Assembly: GCA_965235115.1 (NCBI GenBank)
Contig: OZ249436.1
Coordinates: forward strand, 6,512,001-6,576,000
Length of the DNA: 64,000 nt
Direction: 5' to 3'
From: Laetmonice hystrix
Taxonomy: Eukaryota
The notes below the pieces were generated by a model. The model worked only from the letters and a program-made list of their open reading frames with translations. It had not been told where the DNA came from and did no database searches. Positions 52,895 to 62,818 of this stretch are shown here, one piece after another. Position 1 is the first letter of the stretch; the number at the start of each line of letters is the position of its first letter. The position numbers were made by a program, and so were the translations under genes.

Positions 52895-54879
52895 CGAGAC
52901 CGTGCCTGTATGGTCCCTCTCTCTGAGACCGTGCCATATGTTTAATAGTATGGTTCCCCTGTCTGAGACCGCACCGAATGTTTTATGGTATGGTCCCCCT
53001 GTCTGAGACCGCACCGAATGTTTTATGGTATGGTCCCCCTGTCTGAGACCGCACCGAATGTTTTATGGTATGGTCCCCCTGTCTGAGACCGCACCGAATG
53101 TTTTATGGTATGGTCCCCCTGTCTGAGACCGCACCGAATGTTTTATGGTATGGTCCCCCTGTCTGAGACCGCACCGAATGTTTTATGGTATGGTCCCCCT
53201 GTCTTAGATCGTGCCATATGTTTAATAGTATGGTCCCCCTGTCTTAGATCGTGCCATATGTTTAATAGTATGGTCCCCCTGTCTTAGATCGTGCCATATG
53301 TTTAATAGTATGGTCCCCCTGTCTTAGATCGTGCCATATGTTTAATAGTATGGTCCCCCTGTCTTAGATCGTGCCATATGTTTAATAGTATGGTCCCCCT
53401 GTCTGAGACCGTGCCATATGTTTAATGGTATGAACTCCTGTTCGAGGCGGTACCGTTACGTTTAATGGTATGATCCCCTGTCCGAGGCCGTACCGTTTCG
53501 TTCATTGGTATGATCCCCTGTCTGAGGCCGTACGGTTATGTTCAATAGTATGATCCCCTGTCCGAGGCGGTACCGTTACGTTTAATGGTATGATCCCCTG
53601 TCCGAGGCGGTACCGTTACGTTTAATGGTATGATCCCCTGTCCGAGGCCGTGCCGTTACGTTTAATGCTATGATCCCCTGTCCGAGGCCGTACCGTTACG
53701 TTTAACGGTATGATCCCCTGTCCGAGGCCGTACCGTTACGTTTAATGGTATGGTCCCCTCTCCGAGGCCGTACCGTTACGTTTAATGGTGTGATCCCCTG
53801 TCCGAGGCCGTACCGTTACGTTTAATGGTGTGATCCCCTGTCCGAGGCCGTACCGTTACGTTTAATGGTGTGATCCCCTGTCCGAGGCCGTACCGTTACG
53901 TTTAATGGTATGATCCCCTGTCCGAGGCCGTACCGTTACGTTTACCGGTATGATCCTCTGTCCGAGGCCGTACCGGTACGTTTAATGGTATGATCCCCTG
54001 TCCGAGGCCCTACCGTTACGTTTAATGGTATGATCCCCTGTCCGAGGCCGTACCGTTACGTTTAATGGTATGATCCCCTGTCCGAGGCCGTACCGTTACG
54101 TTTAACGGTATGATCCCCTGTCCGAGGCCGTACCGTTTGGTATGATCCCCTGTCCGAGGCCGTACCGTTACGTTTAATGGTATGATCCCCTGTCCGAGGC
54201 CGTACCGTTACGTTTAATGGTATGATCCCCTGTCCGAGGCCGTACCGTTTGGTATGATCCCCTGTCCGAGGCCGTACCGTTACGTTTAATGGTATGATCC
54301 CCTGTCCGAGGCCGTACCGTTACGTTTAATGGTATGATACCCTGTCCGAGGCCGTACCGTTACGTTTAATGGTATGGTCCCCTGTCCGAGGCCGTACGGT
54401 TATGTTCAATAGTATGATCCCCTGTCCGAGGCCGTACCGTTACGTTTAATGGTATGATCCCCTGTCCGAGGCCGTACCGTTACGTTTAACGGTATGATCC
54501 CCTGTCCGAGGCCGTACCGTTACGTTTAATGGTATGATCCCCTGTCCGAGGCCGTACCGTTACGTTTACCGGTATGATCCTCTGTCCGAGGCCGTACCGT
54601 TACGTTTAATGGTATGATCCCCTGTCCGAGGCCGTACCGTTACGTTTAACGGTATGATCCCCTGTCCGAGGCCGTACCGTTTGGTATGATCCCCTGTCCG
54701 AGGCCGTACCGTTACGTTTAATGGTATGATCCCCTGTCCGAGGCCGTACCGTTTGGTATGATCCCCTGTCCGAGGCCGTACCGTTACGTTTAATGGTATG
54801 ATCCCCTGTCCGAGGCCGTACCGTTACGTTTAATGGTATGATCCCCTGTCCGAGGCCGTACCGTTACGTTTAATGGTAT
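52895..54879. repeat. 40-bp minisatellite, ~50 copies, in three consecutive variant blocks
   Basis: TGGTCCCCCTGTCTGAGACCGCACCGAATGTTTTATGGTA, then TGGTCCCCCTGTCTTAGATCGTGCCATATGTTTAATAGTA, then TGATCCCCTGTCCGAGGCCGTACCGTTACGTTTAATGGTA. Confidence 0.97.
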
Positions 54880-55018
54880 CCTCCGTGAGGCCGTGCCGCA
54901 TGGTTTATGGTAAGATTCCCCGGTTTGAGATTAAGACATTTGTTGTAAATCCTTCGATTCAGATCAATGACCACCAAGGGACCACCAATAAATCTACACT
55001 CGACCAATTTACACCCCA

Positions 55019-55535
55019 GTGTGGTGTGTGGGGTGTAGTGGGTGCGATGGGTGGGTTACGGTGTGTAGGATGGGGTGGGGTGGGGTGTGAGGGTGCGGTG
55101 TGTCGAATTAGGTGGGGTGGGCTGTTAGGGTGTGTGGGAAGGGGTAAGGTGGGGTTTGTGGGGTGCGGTGTGGGGTGGGGTGGGTTGGTGTGCGAGTGTG
55201 CGGTGTGTGGGATGGGGTGAGGTGCGGTGTGTGGGAAGGGGTGAGGTGGGGTTTGTGGGGTGTGGTGTGGGGTGGGGTGGGTTGGTGTGCGAGTGTGCGA
55301 TGTGTGGGATGGGGTGAGGTGCGGTGTGTGGGAAGGGGTGAGGTGGGGTTTGTGGGGTGTGGTGTGGGGTGGGGTGGGTTGGTGTGCGGTGTGTGGGATG
55401 TGGTGAGGTGCGGTGTGTGGGATGTGGTGAGGTGCGGTGTGTGGGATGGGGTGAGGTACAATGTGTGGGGTGCGGTCTGTGGGATCTGGTGAGGTGCGGT
55501 GTGTGAGGTGCGGTGTGTAGAGTAGCGGTGGGGGT
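55019..55535 (+). repeat. G/T-rich low-complexity tract with a 97-bp internal repeat; G-quadruplex-prone
   Basis: Many GGG/GGGG runs; TGTGTGGGAAGGGGT recurs at 55131, 55228 and 55325. Confidence 0.9.
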
Positions 55536-56002
55536 TAGCATGACCGTCCAGCACACCCTGCCCGGACGTCAGTCAGGCCGGGAGGAGGGGTATTTATCAT
55601 TAGTTCACGTGTGAGTGTTGACCCTCAGAGCCCCGAGCTGGGAGTTTTATATGACACTCATTGTTATAGGAGTGTGTCACACGGGCGGCGGTGACCATCT
55701 GGGAGATGCCGACTTAACGTGGGCCGCTAGAACCGAATTCCCCTGCTGGTCGGCGGTAGCCTACATGTTGGCTGCATCGCCACTTGGGCTAAACATGCGG
55801 CTAGATCAATAGGCTGTCTTATTAGGCACACAATGCCTGGGGGTAGGAGGTCCTTGCTGGAATACATTGCCCCATTAGACATCCATACCTTGCTGGGCCC
55901 TCACAGCCAAACCAAATCATCCTGTCAGCTTGTCCAGATTCTCGCTGTCACATCAGATCGGTTCCATTCCCGACCAGGGTCCTGGTTTAACCTTGACGTC
56001 GT

Positions 56003-56266
56003 CATTCCACAGCTGTCAACAATTAACGGATATAGGTCGTGATTCCACAGCTTTCAGCTGTTATTGGGTATAGGTCGTGATTCCACAACTGTCAACTGTT
56101 AACGGATATAGGTCGTGATTCCACAGCTGTCAACTGTTAACGGATATAGGTCGTGATTCCACAGCTGTCAACTGTTAACGGATATAGGTCGTGATTCCAC
56201 AGCTGTCAACTGTTAACGGATATAGGTCGTGATTCCACAGCTTTCAACTGTTATCGGATATAGGTC
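56003..56266. repeat. 38-bp minisatellite, ~7 copies
   Basis: Unit GGTCGTGATTCCACAGCTGTCAACTGTTAACGGATATA. Confidence 0.95.
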
Positions 56267-56925
56267 AAAATCCTACTCCGAGTTTTCACAAATAATAGCA
56301 CTCCAAATTCAGGGATTAAGATTAGAAAACATCAATACATAATTTATTGTCTTTTTTTCGATCTGTATAATATGATTCCTACAACCTCATCTGGCGCAAC
56401 CAAGATATTTGCGAATATTGTGACACAAGGATGCGCTCTGCGAATATTGTGACACAAGGATGGCCTCCCTGTCAGATTGCGCTCTTCATCCCCAGTACAT
56501 CAGAGTTTTTTTTAGTGAATTTCTTCCTTCCCATATATTTGGAAAAAAAAACGATGACGTGATGTTATTATCAGCGGTTAATGACCCCAATTAACATACC
56601 CCTGAATGTAGAGTATCCTCAAACGTTTTAAGGTGCATGTCTTATGTAATCTTGACTGTAATAGGTAATACAAATATTTCAAATCTCTTAGATAAAAAAA
56701 CGTAACTGGTTTCAGAGCTTTCGACTCGTGGCATGCAATACAGCATTTAAATCAGTGGTAGATGAAAAGAACAGAAAAAAACGCGATTGGTGCTAATTGG
56801 ACAGCCGTTTGGGGGTAGATGACAGGCTGAGTGGTAGGGACGGCTACGTGTTGAGAGAATTGTTGGCCAAGATAATCCTTGTCCCCAGCCCTACTTCATT
56901 TGTATTAGGTCTTGCCTTGCCCTGA

Positions 56926-58207
56926 TTAAAGATCACAACTTTCAGCCAGTACTCTCACCATCACCATTATCTGTGAGTTACTTTCTTCTTCCACCCACCA
57001 CTGTATTAAAGATCACAACTTTCAGCCAGTACTCTCACCATCACCATTATCTGTGAGTTACTTTCTTCTTCCACCCACCACTGTATTAAAGATCACAACT
57101 TTCAGCCAGTACTCTCACCATCACCATTATCTGTGAGTTACTTTCTTCTTCCACCCACCACTGTATTAAAGATCACAACTTTCAGCCAGGACTCTCACCA
57201 TCACCATTATCTGTGAGTTACTTTCTTCTTCCACCCACCACTGTATTAAAGATCACAACTTTCAGCTAGTACTCTCACCATCACCATTATCTGTGAGTTA
57301 CTTTCTTCTTCCACCCACCACTGTATTAAAGATCACAACTTTCAGCCAGGACTCTCACCATCACCATTATCTGTGAGTTACTTTCTTCTTCCACCCACCA
57401 CTGTATTAAAGATCACAACTTTCAGCTAGTACTCTCACCATCACCATGATCTGTGAGTTACTTTCTTCTTCCACCCACCACTGTATTAAAGATCACAACT
57501 TTCAGCTAGTACTCTCACCATCACCATGATCTGTGAGTTACTTTCTTCTTCCACCCACCACTGTATTAAAGATCACAACTTTCAGCTAGTACTCTCACCA
57601 TCACCATGATCTGTGAGTTACTTTCTTCTTCCACCCACCACTGTATTAAAGATCACAACTTTCAGCCAGGACTCTCACCATCACCATTATCTGTGAGTTA
57701 CTTTCTTCTTCCACCCACCACTGTATTAAAGATCACAACTTTCAGCTAGTACTCTCACCATCACCATGATCTGTGAGTTACTTTCTTCTTCCACCCACCA
57801 CTGTATTAAAGATCACAACTTTCAGCTAGTACTCTCACCATCACCATGATCTGTGAGTTACTTTCTTCTTCCACCCACCACTGTATTAAAGATCACAACT
57901 TTCAGCTAGTACTCTCACCATCACCATGATCTGTGAGTTACTTTCTTCTTCCACCCACCACTGTATTAAAGATCACAACTTTCAGCTAGTACTCTCACCA
58001 TCACCATGATCTGTGAGTTACTTTCTTCTTCCACCCACCACTGTATTAAAGATCACAACTTTCAGCTAGTACTCTCACCATCACCATTATCTGTGAGTTA
58101 CTTTCTTCTTCCACCCACCACTGTATTAAAGATCACAACTTTCAGCTAGTACTCTCACCATCACCATTATCTGTGAGTTACTTTCTTCTTCCACCCACCA
58201 CTGTATT
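56926..58207. repeat. 80-bp minisatellite, 16 copies
   Basis: Unit ATTAAAGATCACAACTTTCAGCYAGKACTCTCACCATCACCATKATCTGTGAGTTACTTTCTTCTTCCACCCACCACTGT, with an exact 80-bp period. Confidence 0.99.
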
Positions 58208-58349
58208 CACGTGATTTCATCTCCAGAAAAAGTCAATGGCACGCAAAGTCCAACCTGACTGCGGTTCCGACTGGAAACCGTTCTCAAGAATAAACTACAT
58301 CTTTCAAAGTAATGAGAATCTTCCGTGAATGATTAAACCTAAACACTGT

Positions 58350-58549
58350 AGACCCTCAGCACACGGGCAGTGGGTGCAGTACTGGATTGTCAGACCCTCA
58401 GCACACGGGCAGTAGGTGCAGTACTGGATTGTCAGACCCTGAGCACACGGGCAGTAGGTGCAGTACTGGATTGTCAGACCCTGAGCACACGGGCAGTAGG
58501 TGCAGTACTGGATTGTCAGACCCTGAGCACACGGGCAGTAGGTGCAGTA
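58350..58549. repeat. 42-bp minisatellite, ~5 copies
   Basis: Unit AGACCCTSAGCACACGGGCAGTAGGTGCAGTACTGGATTGTC. Confidence 0.94.
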
Positions 58550-58766
58550 TTGTCAGGATCTACCATGAAAACCCGGTATTTTCATCTGTTCAGTCAGATT
58601 GCCGTTCGCTGCCACAGATCAAATTTGTCACGATTAGTCTAGATTAAATGATTCTGAAAAATTGCTTTGCAACCAAAGCATACAACCGGCTCATTATAGC
58701 ATACAGTATAACAAGTTTAATTCTGAACGTTTGAATGGCCCGACTGATCTGGTTAAATATATGTCA

Positions 58767-59402
58767 TGGTTGAGATTAGAATCCGGATGGATTCCGAATC
58801 CAACCGGCTGAGTTCGGAATTCCAATCTCAACCGGCTAAGTTCGGAATTCTAATGTGGAAATTAATTATATTCTCAACCTAGGTACCAAATTGAAATCAG
58901 ATGAATCAATTGTTCTAATTTCAATCTTGACATATATGTACGATTTCAGTCTGAGTCTCAGCCGGTTAAGACTGGAATTCCTATCTCAGCCGGTTAAGAC
59001 TGCATGGAATTCCTATCTCAGCCGGTTAAGACTGCATGGAATTCCTATCTTAGCCGGTTAAGACTGGAATTCCGATCTCAACCGGATAAGACTGGAATTC
59101 CGATCTCAACCGGATAAGACTGGAATTCCGATCTCAGCCAGTTAAGACTGGAATTCCGATCTCACCCGGATAAGACTGGAATTCCGATCTCAACCGGATA
59201 AGACTGGAATTCCAATCTCAGCCGGTTAAGACTGGAATTCCGATCTCAACCGGATAAGACTGGAATTCCGATCTCAGCCAGTTAAGACTGGAATTCCGAT
59301 CTCAACCGGATAAGACTGGAATTCCAATCTCAGCTGGTTAAGACTGGAATTCCGATCTCAGCCGGTTGAATTCGGACTCCATCCGGATTCTAATCTCAAC
59401 CA
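58767..59402. mobile_element. MITE-like element with ~58-bp TIRs and an internal 28-bp tandem array
   Basis: Left arm TGGTTGAGATTAGAATCCGGATGGATTCCGAATCCAACCGGCTGAGTTCGGAATTCCA matches the reverse complement of 59345-59402 with 3 mismatches. The internal array GACTGGAATTCCGATCTCARCCGGWTAA spans ~58957-59370. The TSD and superfamily are not resolved. Confidence 0.75.
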
Positions 59403-59652
59403 GGACGATACATTGTAATACACCATTTCTATCGTTCTTACACCACTGCAAATGAGCATCGGTATCTTCATATTAGCAGGACTCAAAATGAGGACTACCC
59501 ATCCATCATACGGATTCATACCTGGAGGTGCTTCATATATCAGTCCTCTGTTTACAACATGCATGCCACTGCCATCATCAATTACTGACAACAAAATTAT
59601 TGTCAGTTCACTACCATCATTTCTCCAGTCATATTGATATGGTGTTATCCAG

Positions 59653-59873
59653 GGGCGGGTTGCACTAACGGTCCTACGGGTTGGGACTGAATTTAGGACC
59701 AGTCCTACTGAGGGTCATGCCCCCCAGGCACTTCATATCTATCTGCGTTTCAATAGCCCTTGAGATATAAAAGTTGACGAATTATATTTAAATTATGGAT
59801 ATTGGCCCCTGCTGAATGTAGGACTGGTCCTAAATTCAGTCCTAACCCGTAGGACCGTTAGTGCAACCCGCCC
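59653..59873. mobile_element. MITE with ~56-bp TIRs, PIF/Harbinger-like
   Basis: GGGCGGGTTGCACTAACGGTCCTACGGGTTGGGACTGAATTTAGGACCAGTCCTAC (59653-59708) matches its reverse complement at 59818-59873 with 1 mismatch. Termini are GGGC...GCCC and the flanks are CAG and CTG (CWG). Confidence 0.85.
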
Positions 59874-59981
59874 CTGGATCCTACTAGAGTCATTGCTATG
59901 ATATCAAATAATCTCGGGTTGGAATCCGGATTCTATACGCAGTGAGAGAATTGTTTGAAGTACAACACTTTGTAGGAGTCT

Positions 59982-61513
59982 ATAGTAACCCGAGTCTATG
60001 GTAAGGTTATAATGGACCACGATTAGTGGGAGAGCTAGGGTCATGTACTGAGACTCTCGAGGTGGTAGTGCAGTCAATAAGAAACCGTTTAGAACATTAT
60101 ATCGATGTTTATAGTAACCCGAGTCTATGGTAAAGTTATAATGGACCACGATTAGTGGGAGAGCTAGGGTCATGTACTGAACCTCTCGAGGTGGTAGTGC
60201 AGTCAATAAGAAACCGTTTAGAACATGTTTGTAGTAACCCGAGTCTGTAGTAAAGTTATAATGGAACATGATTAGTGGGAGAGCTAGGGTCATGTACTGA
60301 GACTTTCGAGGTGATAGTGCAGTCAATAAGAAACCGTTTAGAACATTATATCGATGTTTACAGTAACCCGAGTCTATAGTAAAGTTATAATAGAACACGA
60401 TTAGTGGGAGAGCTAGGGTCATGTACTGAGACTCTCGAGGTGGTAGTGCAGTCAATAAGAAAACGTTTAGAACATTATATCGATGTTTACAGTAACCCGA
60501 GTCTATGGTAAAGTTATAATGGACCACGATTAGTGGGAGAGCTAGGGTCATGTACTGAGACTGTCGAGGTGGTAGTGCAGTCAATAAGAAACCGTTTAGA
60601 ACATTATATCGATGTTTACAGTAACCCGAGTCTATGGTAAAGTTATAATGGAACACGATTAGTGGGAGAGCTAGGGTCATGTACTGAGACTCTCGAGGTG
60701 GGAGTGCAGTCAATAAGAAACCGTTTAGAACATTGTATCGATGTTTACAGTAACCCGAGTCTATGGTAAAGTTATAATGGACCACGATTAGTGGGAGAGC
60801 TAGGGTCATGTACTGAGACTCTCGAGGTGGTAGTGCAGTCAATAAGAAACCGTTTAGAACATTATATCGATGTTTATAGTAACCCGAGTCTATGGTAAAG
60901 TTATAATGGACCACGATTAGTGGGAGAGCTAGGGTCATGTACTGAGACTGTCGAGGTGGTAGTGCAGAGTCAATAAGAAACCGTTTAGAACATTATATCG
61001 ATGTTTATAGTAACCCGAGTCTATGGTAAAGTTATAATGGACCACGATTAGTGGGAGAGCTAGGGTCATGTACTGAGACTCTCGAGGTGGTAGTACAGTC
61101 AATAGGAAACCGTTTAGAACATTGTATCGATGTTTACAGTAACCCGAGTCTATGGTAAAGTTATAATGGAACACGATTAGTGGGAGAGCTAGGGTCATGT
61201 ACTGAGACTCTCGAGGTGGTAGTGCAGTCAAAAAGAAACCGTTTAGAACATGTTTGTAGTAACCCGAGTCTGTAGTAAAGTTATAATGGACCACGATTAG
61301 TGGGAGAGCTAGGGTCATGTACTGAGACTCTCGAGGTGGTAGTGCAGTCAATAAGAAACCGTTTAGAACATTGTATCGATGTTTACAGTAACCCGAGTCT
61401 ATAGTAAAGTTATAATGGACCACGATTAGTGGGAGAGCTAGGGTCATGTACTGAGACTCTCGAGGTGGTAGTGCAGTCAATAAGAAACCGTTTAGAACAT
61501 TATATCGATGTTT
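59982..61513. repeat. 129-bp tandem repeat, ~12 copies
   Basis: AGTAACCCGAGTCTATGGTAAAGTTATAATGGACCACGATTAGTGGGAGAGCTAGGGTCATG... repeated; 43-aa periodicity in the minus-strand ORFs. Confidence 0.98.
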
Positions 61514-61607
61514 TACCCGCGTAATGTGTAATATGTCGGGTGCCCCTTACCGCCTCCCGTCCTGTCACCTACTATCGTGGCACTCTCATACACGATAAAC
61601 CATCACC

Positions 61608-61810
61608 CAGTGGCGGATTTAAGGGGGGGGGGGGGGTTACTGGGGTTGCACCCCCACCACCCTCCCCCCCCGTTAGGAAGTAATTTTTCTTTTTTCCTGC
61701 TTGAAAGGTTCACACAGAACATACACAGCCCCCCCCCCCCCCCACGCACCCACAACCCCCCCCCCCCCTTGGCACCCCACAACCCCCCGTTGGCGCAAAC
61801 CTGGCGCCTG
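61608..61810. mobile_element. 203-bp GC-run-rich MITE with CAG...CTG ends and a 6-bp TSD (hAT-like)
   Basis: Starts CAGTGGCGGATTTAAGGGGGG and ends CCTGGCGCCTG (degenerate right TIR). ATCACC directly flanks both ends (61602-61607, 61811-61816). Confidence 0.65.
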
Positions 61811-62290
61811 ATCACCTCACGAACATTGACAACCTATAGCACTGCACTTGTCACCCTGCCCATTTCATACCATGAACATTACCATCATTATTATAACGAC
61901 CAAGTACACGGCACCCATTAGGCACCAGCACTTTCAGCAATCAGCGACAACGTCTCAATACACAATGTTTATTTTTGTGTACTTAAGTTGCTGGAGGCCT
62001 TTTTCTCAATTCGCCATCAAAGTGTTAGCGAGGCTTTGAAATTAGTGCGTTGAAGAAAGCACAGGTCCGTGAACAGAGTGTCACAATTACCTTCCTCCGG
62101 TACTTGTGTCGTTGCACCAGTCCACCCAGCTACGCCAACACATGTACTCGTCAGACGGGGAAAGCTGTGAAGATCAGAAACCGCAGAAAGAAAAAATTAC
62201 ATTAAATCATTTGGAAAATGAGGTTCTACCTATTATCTGTAAGAATAACAGCATGTTGGGGGAAGAGATGTCATATTGCTGCCTTTCATT

Positions 62291-62472
62291 TTGAAACCCC
62301 CAGACTGTACCTCAGAACTGGGGTCACTGCATTGAAACCCCCAGACTGTACCTCAGAACTGGGGTCACTGCATTGAAACCCCCAGACTGTACCTCAGAAC
62401 TGGGGTCACTGCATTGAATCCCCCAGACTGTACCTCAGTAAGGTAACTGTAACTGGGGTCACTGCATTGAAA
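62291..62472. repeat. 41-bp minisatellite, ~4 copies
   Basis: Unit TGAAACCCCCAGACTGTACCTCAGAACTGGGGTCACTGCAT. Confidence 0.93.
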
Positions 62473-62695
62473 GCTGTTATTGGAGGAAAATTGAAATATG
62501 TGGCAGAGAAACAATGCAGCACTCCTCCAGGTGCAGATGTCATTTGAGCTGACCTCACATGGAGTATTCCATTCGGGGTAAGCACCGCTGTACAATGAGC
62601 AATCTGCCGTAGCTGGGAGGGGGTACAGGGTTGGTGTCACCTGCCTCATTGTTTACTGTTCCATTGTGTGACAGGATACCTCCCCCCGTATGGTC

Positions 62696-62818
62696 GGAGG
62701 AGGAAGAGGAAGGGGGAGAGGAAGGAACCTCCTCCTCCTCCTCCTCCCCTCCTCCTCCCTTTCCTCCTCCATCTCCTCCCCCCATTCCTCCTCCTCCTCC
62801 TCCTCCTCCTCCTCCTCC
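62696..62818. repeat. Polypurine (GGA-like) tract abutting a polypyrimidine (CCT)n tract
   Basis: GGAGGAGGAAGAGGAAGGGGGAGAGGAAGG-AA-CCTCCTCCTCC...(CCT)n. Confidence 0.9.

Noticed and set aside
59904..61480. 344-aa and 181-aa hydrophobic repeat proteins
   Set aside because: They are translations of the 129-bp tandem repeat, split by a 2-bp frameshift, with almost no unique coding sequence around them.
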